A stretch of DNA of 64,000 bases from a virus, in the IMG/VR virus record IMGVR_UViG_3300046373_000069, positions 1-64,000 of that record. One strand, written 5' to 3'. The translations under genes were made by a program, and so were the position numbers. The notes under the pieces were generated by a model. That model saw only the letters and a list, made by a program, of their open reading frames with translations. It did no database searches and was not told the DNA's origin. Below, in pieces: positions 38,917 through 48,867 of this stretch; within the stretch, counting starts at the first letter, position 1; each line of letters begins with the position of its first letter.

Positions 38917-39314
38917 CGATGAATGAGTTCCATAGCGTTGTCTCGGAGTTCATGAGAGAAATGGGATTCGATTGCACCTTCATCAAGCAATCTCCAGGCA
39001 TCCCTAATGACGATGACGGGACAGTGACACCGCAAGAGGAAATAGTCCCTATCCGCGCTATCAAGATGGATGTGTTTGGGAATATGGCAGGCTCTCGCAC
39101 AAAGATGAGCACTCTTATTCAAGAAGCTGATCAAGTGTTGTATGTGCAGCCTAACGAGGCTCTTACACAAATGAGCGAGAGTGTCGGAGAAGCATTCGAT
39201 CCTGCAAGCGACCGCGTAGAAATTAAAGGGGTTAGCTGGAAAGTGTTGGCCTTGAAAGAATATGATCCGAGCGCGTCAAATTGCGTTCTGTACGAACTGT
39301 ATATTAAAAGGTAA
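38913..39314 (+). CDS. head closure/completion protein (putative)
   Basis: 133 aa, D.V.I.G.SW.V..LKEY.P..LYELY pattern, synteny. Confidence 0.7.
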   Translation: MTMNEFHSVVSEFMREMGFDCTFIKQSPGIPNDDDGTVTPQEEIVPIRAIKMDVFGNMAGSRTKMSTLIQEADQVLYVQPNEALTQMSESVGEAFDPASDRVEIKGVSWKVLALKEYDPSASNCVLYELYIKR

Positions 39315-39317
39315 GCT

Positions 39318-42300
39318 ATGGCGACGTATAACGTACTAAGTACTGCACCAGTACCGGTTGGCAGTAGCATCACCACTATTCGACTGAAGAGTACCTCTGC
39401 TCAAGTCCAGACCAACGTACCATTCACGTTTGGTCAACCATTTGCTCGTGGCCAGTTCCCGAAGTCCAACGCCGCTGTTGAACTGCGCACCAACAACGGG
39501 GAAATCATTCCTTGTCAGCTGGATGTCAAGGCCACCTTCAAGGATGGCTCGATCAAGCACGCCATCATTTCGGGTATCATTCCATCCCTGCCTGCTGACA
39601 AGGATACGTTCTACAACATTGTCCGCTCTAATTACGTTATTTCCGGTTTGGCACCAGTACCTTCAGACTTCTCAGAGTTCAATACGGTCTTGACCCTGAC
39701 CAATCATGGTACGGATCTAGCAGGACCATTAGAAGGTACTACCTACACCGCCGATGCAGCTAAGATCATGGCTTCAGGGAAGTATGACATTCACCTGTCT
39801 GGTCCTATTGTCAGTGAATGGCTCATGCGTGCGCCTTTGGTGGATGCTCAGGGAAATATCCATCCTGAGCTACATGCACGCTACAATATTCGTATGTATA
39901 AGGGCATCAACAAGGCTAAGATTGACTGTATCGTGGAGAATGGCTGGGTCAAACCATCTAAAAATCCTGTCAACAATGCTTTCGATCTTGGTAGCGTCAA
40001 TACACACATCTATGACTACAACATCAAAGTAGGCAGCGTAACGGTTGATAAGCGAGCTGAAAAGGGTTATCTACGTGCTCGTCTTACTGGTGCTCCGAAT
40101 ACCTATAATGGTACTAGCACTGGTGTGCCAAACAACTCGACTGTTTACACCGCAGTGATCACGATTGATGGAGTAGCTAAGCCTATTTCTGTGACTGGTT
40201 CCGCAATCCAGAATTACGGTCAATTGTACGCAGTCATCACCAGTCAACTTGGTGGATTGGGTGTTTGTATTCAGGATGAAACCAATCTAGGTCTTCGTAT
40301 TGTGTCCAATACGACTGGCAGGAATTCCTCAGTTTCGGTAGATTACGGTACCTTATTCCCAGCGCTTGGACACCCGCAGGCGTATCGCCCTATTCGTGGT
40401 GACGAACACATTCATTATGTTGCACAGCGCTGGAAGAAAACCTTCTGGTGGAATGGTGAGCCTATGCTTTTCATCGGCCATGATAAGAACTATCTGGTTG
40501 ATTCTCTAGCAGTGCCTCCATATATGCGTTCCCTGACGGGTAGCCCTGATGTAAACGCCTATAATAAAAACATGATAGCCACCAATGGCGGTATTGGTCG
40601 TAACGGCATCATGAAGAAGAACATGTTTGATTTCGGCTATGCCAATTCTATTGGTATTTTTCCTGAATGGGTTGGAGCCTTCGTCATCAGTCAAGATCCA
40701 GATTCTAAATCGGCCATGCTGGGTATGGCCGATTTGCAGGGTTCATGGCAAGTTCATTCCCGAGAAATCGATACTGATCAATGTCTGAGCTTTACCAAGT
40801 GGCCTATGGTAACGACTTCCCCAAATATTGGGGATAGTAAGAACTACACTACTGGTTTGACGGAGAAGATCCCATTTCTGTCAACGAGTCAGCCTTGGAT
40901 TCCCAATTGCGAGAATCTGGCGGATATCTCTCACCATCCAGATTCTGGCTATGTACCTTATCTGGTAACTGGCGACCACTTTTACATGGAAAATATGTTG
41001 TCGTATTTTATTACGACTTGCGTATGGCAGAACCCACACTACACATGGCGTAATGGGAATCAGGTGTTATTCAGGACAGAACAGGTACGTGCGCAGGCAT
41101 GGATGTTCCGTTCCCTAAACCATAACAGGTATCTTCTACCGGATAACCATCCTCATCGCCCTGAGCTTGAATATATCGCAGCCAGTAATGTTGAGTGGTA
41201 TAACACCAACTATGTTGCAGAGTCTGGCCCCGGTCATAGCAAATTTGGTGTTTGGGGTACGCCAGAAACAGGCATGGTTAGTGGACAAGTTAAATCTGCT
41301 TTTAGTTTGTTCATGGAAGTGTTTGCGATTCAATCCATGGGTCGTGCAGTAGAGCTGGGCTTTGAAGAGTTCTTGCCACTCTTTGGATACAAATCCAAGA
41401 TTATCAAGGGTTTGCTGACATCAGGGCCAGACTATTGCTGGCAAATGGCAACCACTTACAGAATTCAAATCAAACCCTCCAGTAATGAGCCTGAATTCGA
41501 TAATTGGAATCAGGTTTATTTGGCAACTGTTGACCCTAAAATTTCTTCTAAGGTATGCGGCTCAGTTGAAATGGGTATTGCCATTGGTGAAGGGCAGAAT
41601 AATATGGTTGGTTATCCACTGGATGTGGGTGGATATCCTGCCAATATGCAGCCAGCTGTGGCATACTGCGATACATTTGACATGCCTGGTGGCAAAGATG
41701 CATGGCTTGTATTTGATTCGAGGGTTAAAAAAGCCAATTACAACTTGGGTCCGCAATTTGGCATCGAACCGCGTACTTTCATCGCATCAACGGTTACACC
41801 CGTACCTGCGGACCCCACTGTACCCCCAACTATAGGCAAAAAATCAATGTCTCTTGCAGATCGCGTAAAAGATAGCACCACCACAACGGGCACAGGTGCA
41901 TTAACACTACTGGGTACCTCGGAAACGAACTTCCGCCCATTCCTCACACCACCTGTGAAGATTGGAGATATTGTCCCTGTCTCTATTATTCACCGCACCC
42001 TCCCCGAATGGGAAAACGGGGAATACACTCTGACATCGGCTTTGCAGCTGACCCCCCTCAGGGTGACATCCAGCTCCAATAATAATCAGAAAGTCAGCTT
42101 CAGCGCAGGCGTCAAGGATGTCGCATTGACTCTTACAGCCGATTATCTGTCAAAGCTGGCAGGCGTTAACAACACTGTTGCCAATACGTTCGGGGATACA
42201 ACAACTACGAAGCTTATGCTAGATGTCAACGGAGTTCCAACTAGTATTTCGTTGAATGATGCATCTGACACATTTGCTGACCTTCCAACTTTACCGTTGC

Positions 42301-43466
42301 CTGCCGTTGGCACCGACCAAGTGTGGACATACCGTGGTGGTGTGGACTATCGAACGACACTTAATGCCATTGCAGCGGCTGTTGCCGCCATTAATGGTGT
42401 AACACCACAAGATACATTGGCCCCTACACTTTCTAGCGCGAAAGTCTCAGGCATAAATGCAGCCAGTGCAACGGGTACAGTTATCACTGACGAAGCTAAC
42501 GGCACAATGTATTGCTTGGCGTTGACAACAAATACGACTACAGCAGCTGCGGTGAAAGCAAGTTCGTTCACCCAAGCGGTTACGTCCACAGGTACTAAGA
42601 CATTCAATGTCACGAGCCTGACAGCTTCTACACAATACTACTTGCATTTTGTACACGTAGACGCTATTGGCAATACTTCGGCTATCATGACATCTGACAG
42701 CTTCACAACACTGGCAACTGCTGACACAACGGCCCCAACGCTGAGTTCGCCTACAGCCACACAGACAGGTCCAACGACTGCATCTGGCACTGTTTCCACA
42801 ACAGAGTCTAACGGTACGCTCTACCGGATGATTAGCGTAAACGCCACTGAAACTGCGGCAGCTGTGAAGGCAGCTAACCTTACATCCACCGTATCCGCTG
42901 TGGGTACGCAGAGTGTCACATTCACTGGCTTGACCGCCAACACGCAGTATTATGCCCACTATGTCCACCATGATGCTGCGGGTAATGATTCTGTTGTGGC
43001 GAACAGCGCAGCGTTTACGACGGCTGCTGCCGCTGAAGTACTGTATGACATTTCGGCATATAACGCATCCTCGACTCCTCTGGCAACGTTGGATGGCAGC
43101 AAGGTAGTACCGTCCCATATCTACGGGGGTAAAAACGGCTACGCAGCCGGCCCGACAAATTCTAGCTATTGGAATATTAAGCTTCGTGGCACTAACACGA
43201 ACGCCAGCGGGGCTGTCATGGGTTGGAGCTTCTCGGCAACGACCCCGCCGCAAGTGTGGGATGGTACGGGCACCAACCCCAACCTCAATAACGTCAATCC
43301 CGACAACTATGCGGTACCTATCGGCTTCAACGGTACGGCCTTCTTCAACGCATCGGATCTCTGGATTGCGCCGGGCTTTACTGGTAAGGCTTATCTGTGG
43401 GTTCGTGGCCAAGATGGTGCTTGGTATAATCCTAACCCAAGTGGCATGACTATTACGGGGGTCTGA
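39318..43466 (+). CDS. large multidomain virion-type protein: exo-rhamnogalacturonan-lyase (PcRGLX/YetA)-like region, phage tail motif and two FN3-like repeats
   Basis: VPFTFGQPF..G..PCQ.D....DGS.K.A N-terminus; SHHP..YVPYL.TGD..Y.E; QVR.QAW; LADRVK.STTTTGTG; two DT.APTLSS repeats. Confidence 0.6.
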   Translation: MATYNVLSTAPVPVGSSITTIRLKSTSAQVQTNVPFTFGQPFARGQFPKSNAAVELRTNNGEIIPCQLDVKATFKDGSIKHAIISGIIPSLPADKDTFYNIVRSNYVISGLAPVPSDFSEFNTVLTLTNHGTDLAGPLEGTTYTADAAKIMASGKYDIHLSGPIVSEWLMRAPLVDAQGNIHPELHARYNIRMYKGINKAKIDCIVENGWVKPSKNPVNNAFDLGSVNTHIYDYNIKVGSVTVDKRAEKGYLRARLTGAPNTYNGTSTGVPNNSTVYTAVITIDGVAKPISVTGSAIQNYGQLYAVITSQLGGLGVCIQDETNLGLRIVSNTTGRNSSVSVDYGTLFPALGHPQAYRPIRGDEHIHYVAQRWKKTFWWNGEPMLFIGHDKNYLVDSLAVPPYMRSLTGSPDVNAYNKNMIATNGGIGRNGIMKKNMFDFGYANSIGIFPEWVGAFVISQDPDSKSAMLGMADLQGSWQVHSREIDTDQCLSFTKWPMVTTSPNIGDSKNYTTGLTEKIPFLSTSQPWIPNCENLADISHHPDSGYVPYLVTGDHFYMENMLSYFITTCVWQNPHYTWRNGNQVLFRTEQVRAQAWMFRSLNHNRYLLPDNHPHRPELEYIAASNVEWYNTNYVAESGPGHSKFGVWGTPETGMVSGQVKSAFSLFMEVFAIQSMGRAVELGFEEFLPLFGYKSKIIKGLLTSGPDYCWQMATTYRIQIKPSSNEPEFDNWNQVYLATVDPKISSKVCGSVEMGIAIGEGQNNMVGYPLDVGGYPANMQPAVAYCDTFDMPGGKDAWLVFDSRVKKANYNLGPQFGIEPRTFIASTVTPVPADPTVPPTIGKKSMSLADRVKDSTTTTGTGALTLLGTSETNFRPFLTPPVKIGDIVPVSIIHRTLPEWENGEYTLTSALQLTPLRVTSSSNNNQKVSFSAGVKDVALTLTADYLSKLAGVNNTVANTFGDTTTTKLMLDVNGVPTSISLNDASDTFADLPTLPLPAVGTDQVWTYRGGVDYRTTLNAIAAAVAAINGVTPQDTLAPTLSSAKVSGINAASATGTVITDEANGTMYCLALTTNTTTAAAVKASSFTQAVTSTGTKTFNVTSLTASTQYYLHFVHVDAIGNTSAIMTSDSFTTLATADTTAPTLSSPTATQTGPTTASGTVSTTESNGTLYRMISVNATETAAAVKAANLTSTVSAVGTQSVTFTGLTANTQYYAHYVHHDAAGNDSVVANSAAFTTAAAAEVLYDISAYNASSTPLATLDGSKVVPSHIYGGKNGYAAGPTNSSYWNIKLRGTNTNASGAVMGWSFSATTPPQVWDGTGTNPNLNNVNPDNYAVPIGFNGTAFFNASDLWIAPGFTGKAYLWVRGQDGAWYNPNPSGMTITGV

Positions 43467-45034
43467 TGAAGTTTCTAACGTCAGGCGCGGGGAAGTTAAT
43501 ATTCAGGAATGGTAAATTTGTGAGCCTTGCGCAAGGCTCACAACCTGTTGAGCCTACGCCACCCCCACCGTCAACAGGAATGACGACACTGACGCTTGTA
43601 GACATTGATAAAGATCAGCGGCTGTATCAACGCGATACAGCCGGTTTTTATGATGTTACAGTGGCTGGTACGAGCGACGCTACAAATGCTGTTCAGGCTC
43701 GTGCTATTGATTCCTACACTGGGGCAGTGGTGGTTGATTGGACAACCGTTGCCGTGCCATCAGGAGGCTCTTATTCAGGTAAGTTGCGCTGCCCTGCAAG
43801 GATTCGCCCATGTAAGCTAGAAGTCCGAGATGCTGTCAACACGTCGTCAGTTAAGACAGGGGCTAATCGCTTCTATGTTGGCGCCCATTGGATTCTCTGG
43901 GGGCAATCGAATGCTGTCAACTGGCCGGGGGGAGTTTACAAATATCCTCTCGGCGGGCAGGGTTCGTTGACCTACTACGCGGGCTACAAGTTCGTCCGGG
44001 CTGGCTACATTCTAGACACCTACGAGTCGAATAAGCTGCACAGCAGCTACTCAACTGTCAACAGCTTCCCTGCTGGCTCAGCTACAGTGCAAGACGGAGC
44101 TGTTAAAGCAGATGGTATCGTCTATATGCTCAATATCTTATCTGAAGCGCTGAATTGTGCAGTATGTATTACTACTAGCGCAACAGGTGGTCAAGGTATC
44201 GGCTTCTGGGCGCCGGGGCAAACAGGCTGGACGAATCTGACAACTGCTGTGATGGAAATCGGTGGAGATGCAGAAGGCGCAATACTGTATCAAGGTGAAG
44301 CTGATGCATCGTTCTCAGGAACAACAACAGAGAATTACATGTCGGCACTTGCATCCCGGCAATCACAGTTCCATTCTCTTACCGGGCGTACGGCGTCAAC
44401 CTTTAAGTTTGGTGTAGTCTCATTGGGTGCTGTCAATGCCAATGGCGGTTATGTCGCCTCTATTGATAAGGTGAGGGCTGCTGAAATTCAGTTTGCTAAC
44501 AACACACCGGGTGCGTTCCTGCTTGCGGCTAACCATGACTCGAAGACTAGTGATGGTGTTCACGTTGTCGGTATATCGTTCTCTCACCTTGGCGCGGCTG
44601 GGGGTAAAACACTAGCTTATCAATATGGAGTAGGTGTATCAGGTGCAGGCCCTCGCGTTGTTAGCGCAACTCGCACTGGTGCCGAAATTACTCTCACCGT
44701 ACAGCATGCTGGGGGTACAAACTTGCTAGATGGTGCGGGAGGCTCTGGAACGGCGCTTACAGGTTTCCGAGTGAGAGACGCCGGCACTGCTGCGGTTATC
44801 AGTGCAACGGCGATCACAGGACCAATAACAATTAAGCTCACATTATCGGCAGTGCCTTCGGGGACTGTAACGGTGGATTACGGCATGATTCCAGCGCCGC
44901 ATTCACCTGACCAAAGTAGCACAACAGTTGACCCTGTGTGGGCATCTGCCGTGTACGACAATGTTGTGCTAGTTAATCAGGACCGTGGATGCATTCTGCA
45001 ACCATTTGCCGCAATCAATGTAACAGGAGGCTAA
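43466..45034 (+). CDS. SASA/CE6-type carbohydrate O-acetylesterase
   Basis: GQSN, YQGEAD, DGVH catalytic motifs. Confidence 0.82.
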   Translation: MKFLTSGAGKLIFRNGKFVSLAQGSQPVEPTPPPPSTGMTTLTLVDIDKDQRLYQRDTAGFYDVTVAGTSDATNAVQARAIDSYTGAVVVDWTTVAVPSGGSYSGKLRCPARIRPCKLEVRDAVNTSSVKTGANRFYVGAHWILWGQSNAVNWPGGVYKYPLGGQGSLTYYAGYKFVRAGYILDTYESNKLHSSYSTVNSFPAGSATVQDGAVKADGIVYMLNILSEALNCAVCITTSATGGQGIGFWAPGQTGWTNLTTAVMEIGGDAEGAILYQGEADASFSGTTTENYMSALASRQSQFHSLTGRTASTFKFGVVSLGAVNANGGYVASIDKVRAAEIQFANNTPGAFLLAANHDSKTSDGVHVVGISFSHLGAAGGKTLAYQYGVGVSGAGPRVVSATRTGAEITLTVQHAGGTNLLDGAGGSGTALTGFRVRDAGTAAVISATAITGPITIKLTLSAVPSGTVTVDYGMIPAPHSPDQSSTTVDPVWASAVYDNVVLVNQDRGCILQPFAAINVTGG

Positions 45035-45035
45035 T

Positions 45036-46049
45036 ATGCTCGGGTATGGAACCATTGGACAAGGTTCAGTAGGGGCCTCTGTGCTATCTACAGCACCAGC
45101 CATCCAGAACGACAGTGAAGCCCCTGTTATTCCGGGCGCACTCGTAGTTTCTGCGGTAAGCTCAGCCGGGTTCACTGTGGAGTGGCAGGGTGCATCGGAT
45201 AATATTGGAGTAACTGGCTACGAAATTAGTGTTGATGTCGGCACAGTAGCTTATCTCGACTACGGTATGGTTTTGGCCGTGAACTTTGGAAACCTGCTAC
45301 CCGGCACATCCTACACTGTAAGGGTGAGGGCGTATGATGCAGCTAAGAACAAGTCTACGCCTCTCACAACACAGGTAACTACGTCTGCACCTGTCGATAT
45401 TGCCAAGCCTGTGTGGAGTGCAGGAAGCGTTGTTAGTGTCACCTCTCTTACATCGTCAGCGCTAACGGCAGCTTGGCCTGCGGCGGTAGATAATGTAGGT
45501 GTTGTTTCCTACGAGGTAAGTGTAGATACAGGTACACCGAACTATGCCCCTGTGGTTGGGGGGCGGCTGAAGACATTCTCTGGGCTTCTGAGCGGCACCA
45601 CGTACAACGTCCGTGTACGGGCTGTAGATGCGACTGGCAATACGTCTCCACCACTAACAGCTGCTGTTGTAACTAGCGGAGTTGCACCTGTGGGGGATGC
45701 TATTGCTGGCGTTTCAAAGGTGGCTACAGCCCCAGTAGTCGTGCAAATGTCTCCGCTTTCTGCATCACCAGTGGGTATATCCTATAGGCAGGGGTCTGGT
45801 CAGGAACTTGTCCTATTCAATAATAGTGACACTTCTGTTGTGACAAACCTGCAGGGCAGCAGCGCTGGGCGTGTTACGACGAAGGGCTTGGCAGGAGTCA
45901 CAATTGATTTGTCAGGAGGTTTGCCTATCAATGTACCTGCTCGGCAGTTTGTTACTCTGAAACTAGACAATGCGAGCGCCTATTTGGCTGGCAACGTTAC
46001 GCTTACGGCAAATACTAGCGGCACAGTGTTTGCAGGGGTCTTGCAATAG
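45036..46049 (+). CDS. FN3-repeat virion protein
   Basis: two W..A.DN.GV..YE..L..GT.Y.VRVRA.DA..N.S domains. Confidence 0.85.
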   Translation: MLGYGTIGQGSVGASVLSTAPAIQNDSEAPVIPGALVVSAVSSAGFTVEWQGASDNIGVTGYEISVDVGTVAYLDYGMVLAVNFGNLLPGTSYTVRVRAYDAAKNKSTPLTTQVTTSAPVDIAKPVWSAGSVVSVTSLTSSALTAAWPAAVDNVGVVSYEVSVDTGTPNYAPVVGGRLKTFSGLLSGTTYNVRVRAVDATGNTSPPLTAAVVTSGVAPVGDAIAGVSKVATAPVVVQMSPLSASPVGISYRQGSGQELVLFNNSDTSVVTNLQGSSAGRVTTKGLAGVTIDLSGGLPINVPARQFVTLKLDNASAYLAGNVTLTANTSGTVFAGVLQ

Positions 46050-46082
46050 CACTCGTAACGTGCTCTTAAGCATTGTTTCTTC

Positions 46083-46111
46083 TTGACAAAACACGCCCCT
46101 TGTGCTATAAT
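46083..46111 (+). promoter_or_regulatory. consensus sigma70 promoter for tail genes
   Basis: TTGACA-17-TATAAT with extended TG. Confidence 0.85.
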
Positions 46112-46131
46112 CTTACTAATCGAGGAAACAC

Positions 46132-46578
46132 ATGACAAGCTTTGTTTTGGATATTAAGGCGTTTGAAGAGCAGGCTCTGTTGATGGCTAATAAGAGTGTC
46201 TGCAACGCCTTTGAAGAGATTGCTACAGGCGCTGTCGTAGAGTCCCCTGACCCTCCGGGTATTGGGGGATTTTCCAAAGGTCTGCTGAAGAATAGTTGGT
46301 ATCCAGAAGTAGGCGGTATTGACAACACAGTGGGTACAGTTGCTAACCCAACAGGTGCTGACAGCCTCTCTCGCATCAAGGCTGTTACAAGCATCTTCCC
46401 CTTCTACGGTAAAGACAACTTCGTCACGCTTACGAATTCTGTTGAGCACGCTTATAGGAGCGAGTTCATCGGATGGCCTGCGGGCGAAGGTGCGAACGGT
46501 TTCGTATGGAGTGGTCGCGTCGGACCCTACGCTATGGTGCAAACCGCCATCACTAACTACAGGGCCAAACACATATGA
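46132..46578 (+). CDS. neck/tail completion protein (HK97 gp10-like)
   Basis: V.SP..G.L.NSW, TNS..HA...EF.G motifs. Confidence 0.7.
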   Translation: MTSFVLDIKAFEEQALLMANKSVCNAFEEIATGAVVESPDPPGIGGFSKGLLKNSWYPEVGGIDNTVGTVANPTGADSLSRIKAVTSIFPFYGKDNFVTLTNSVEHAYRSEFIGWPAGEGANGFVWSGRVGPYAMVQTAITNYRAKHI

Positions 46579-46976
46579 GCATAGTTGTCGTACGCAGCAC
46601 AATCACAAAAGCTCTCGTAGAGTGGGCCAATGCAAAGGCGCTCCCCGTAGCACGAGAGCGCCAACCTTTCACGAAGCCTGCTAACAACGGCACATTCATC
46701 GAACTTAACATCATCCCAGCCAAGACAATCTTAGCATCCATTGACGGAGAACGCAAGCGTTATGTTGGCGATGTCATTATCAATATTTGGTGTAAGGATG
46801 GGCAAGGTACTGGCACGGCTGAGAAGCTTGCTGAAGAGCTTGCTGAGTTGTTCTCTGTAGTGCCTAAGAAGCAGATGCCTGTGAGTGTTGAGGAAGTGCC
46901 TAGTATTCGTAGGCCACTTGCAGACGCGGGTTATCTTATTTTGCCCGTTACATTTTCATATAGGCTCGAAGCGTAA
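46575..46976 (+). CDS. tail terminator protein (putative)
   Basis: 133 aa, synteny, F.KP..F, G.GT..AE..A, PV.F.Y. Confidence 0.7.
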   Translation: MSIVVVRSTITKALVEWANAKALPVARERQPFTKPANNGTFIELNIIPAKTILASIDGERKRYVGDVIINIWCKDGQGTGTAEKLAEELAELFSVVPKKQMPVSVEEVPSIRRPLADAGYLILPVTFSYRLEA

Positions 46977-47347
46977 TGGCTAAAGTACCTGTCTCATCTA
47001 AGAACGCCACTACGGCAGTTCTGCTCAATTCGATTTACCTATCAACTTCTGGTGACACCCTCACTTACCTACCCAACACCGGGCAAGAACTCTGGATGTT
47101 TAACACCAGCGGTAATGCTGTTACGGTGAACATTGATGGAGCAGCCGGGACGGTTGTAACCATTCCAGGCACAGCCGGGACTACTTTGAATGTTGCTCCC
47201 GGTCTCCCTATTAACATCCCTGCCTACTCTTTCGCTTATCTAAGTCTAGATAAGGCGGAGAGGTTCCTTCAGGGGGTTGTGGCAATCACAGCTTCCACAG
47301 GGGCAGTCATTCGAGCAGTAACCGTATCTCCACTCTCATTCTCTTAG
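46976..47347 (+). CDS. small structural protein, paralog of the C-terminal domain of 45036-46049
   Basis: GQEL..FN, GLPIN.PA..F..L.LD.A..L.G.V shared. Confidence 0.7.
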   Translation: MAKVPVSSKNATTAVLLNSIYLSTSGDTLTYLPNTGQELWMFNTSGNAVTVNIDGAAGTVVTIPGTAGTTLNVAPGLPINIPAYSFAYLSLDKAERFLQGVVAITASTGAVIRAVTVSPLSFS

Positions 47348-47360
47348 AAAGAAATATCAA

Positions 47361-47816
47361 ATGGCCGTTATCACATTTAGCTCCGCTGGCACCAAAGTTT
47401 CGCTTTCGTCCGGCAAACCGACTGGTGCTCCTTCCGCCACCACCCTTTCCGCCCTGACGTACACCGAAATCGGCGGTGTGTCCGAAGTCGGAATGCTGGG
47501 TCCAGAATCGTCGGTTATCGTATTCAACCCTTTGAGCGATAATATTAGCTATAAACAAAAGGGTCAAAAGAACGCTGGTGCACTGGATTGCAAGGGTGCC
47601 CTTAACAATGAAGACGCAGGCCAAATTCTGCTGCAAGCTGCTGAGGCTTCGCCTGAAGAGTACGCACTGAAGATTGAACTGACTAACGGTTCGACATTGT
47701 ACTGCATGATTTTGGTCACAAGTTTCAAGACGAATATCGGTAACTCGGGCCAGATTACGATGTTTGAATCGAAGCTCGAAATCAGCGGTAATGTCTTTAC
47801 TCAAGCTGCTGCTTAA
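47361..47816 (+). CDS. major tail tube protein
   Basis: SSAGT, YTEIG.V, K.KG..NAG, DAGQ..L..A motifs; siphovirus type. Confidence 0.85.
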   Translation: MAVITFSSAGTKVSLSSGKPTGAPSATTLSALTYTEIGGVSEVGMLGPESSVIVFNPLSDNISYKQKGQKNAGALDCKGALNNEDAGQILLQAAEASPEEYALKIELTNGSTLYCMILVTSFKTNIGNSGQITMFESKLEISGNVFTQAAA

Positions 47817-47892
47817 GAGTTAGCTAGTTTTGCACGCGGGCGTTGCTGGCATTTTCACCAGCCGCCCATCCGTGCCTTTAATAGGGTGCGAG

Positions 47893-48846
47893 ATGCCGAA
47901 GCAAAAAACTCAAGAAGAATGGTTAAATAGCATACCCAAAGAACACAAGGATAAGTTTGATTACAGCAAGGCTGTCTATACTAAGTCTCAAAACAAAGTT
48001 CTACTAACGTGTAAGAAATGCAGTACAGAATTTATGCAGCGGGCTGATATGAACACAAGAGGCGTTGGCTGTAAGGTCTGTCAACATAGGGCGCTACACG
48101 CCAGTCTTGTCCATACAAAGGAGATGTTCATTGAACGTAGCCAAGAAGAGTTTGGCGATAAGTACGGTTACGAGCTTGTTAAGTATGTGGATAAATACAC
48201 GAAAGTCGATATCATCTGTAGGAAGGAAGGGCACGGTATTTTCCAAGTCACGCCTGCCAATCTGAAGAAGGGACGACACTCGTGCCCCAAGTGTGCTGGG
48301 GAAGCAATTTCAAAAGCCCACCGTAAAACGCAAGAAGATTTCGTTGAAGAGTGTCGAGCACTGTGCGCAGAAGGCATCACGTTTGAGCACGTAAAGTACT
48401 CAGGAGATAAAACTAATGTGATGTTCAACTGCGCCACACACGGCATTTTTGATATGCTACCCGGTAACTTCCTTAAGGGGTGCCGCTGCCCATCATGTGC
48501 AAGCTACGGGTACAGAAAGGCGCTCCCCGGTAGATTCTACATTTTATCGGATGGCTACACCACAAAGGTCGGTGTCACCAATAAGGAACCTGAATATAGG
48601 GCTAAATCGGTGGCTAAGACGGGTGGTCCAATTATGGACATCATGGTGAACATGTTCTTTGCAGATGGCGCAATGCCCTTGAAGATTGAAACTGCTTGCC
48701 TTCGCTACTTAAAGACAAAATACAAATCCCCAAGTAGCACATTCGACGGTGCTACTGAGTGCTTCCTAGGTGTGGATATCCCAGACCTTCTAAATTTTAT
48801 CTCACCAATCGCATCAACCGCAGAGCTGGAACAATCCGGCCTTTAA
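47893..48846 (+). CDS. homing endonuclease-like (DUF723-type Zn repeats + T5orf172-like domain)
   Basis: three Y..V.Y..V.I.C..HG.F..P..CP.C units; FYIL..KVG.TN, FDG.TECF. Confidence 0.8.
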   Translation: MPKQKTQEEWLNSIPKEHKDKFDYSKAVYTKSQNKVLLTCKKCSTEFMQRADMNTRGVGCKVCQHRALHASLVHTKEMFIERSQEEFGDKYGYELVKYVDKYTKVDIICRKEGHGIFQVTPANLKKGRHSCPKCAGEAISKAHRKTQEDFVEECRALCAEGITFEHVKYSGDKTNVMFNCATHGIFDMLPGNFLKGCRCPSCASYGYRKALPGRFYILSDGYTTKVGVTNKEPEYRAKSVAKTGGPIMDIMVNMFFADGAMPLKIETACLRYLKTKYKSPSSTFDGATECFLGVDIPDLLNFISPIASTAELEQSGL

Positions 48847-48867
48847 CTACTACCAAAGGATCAAAAC

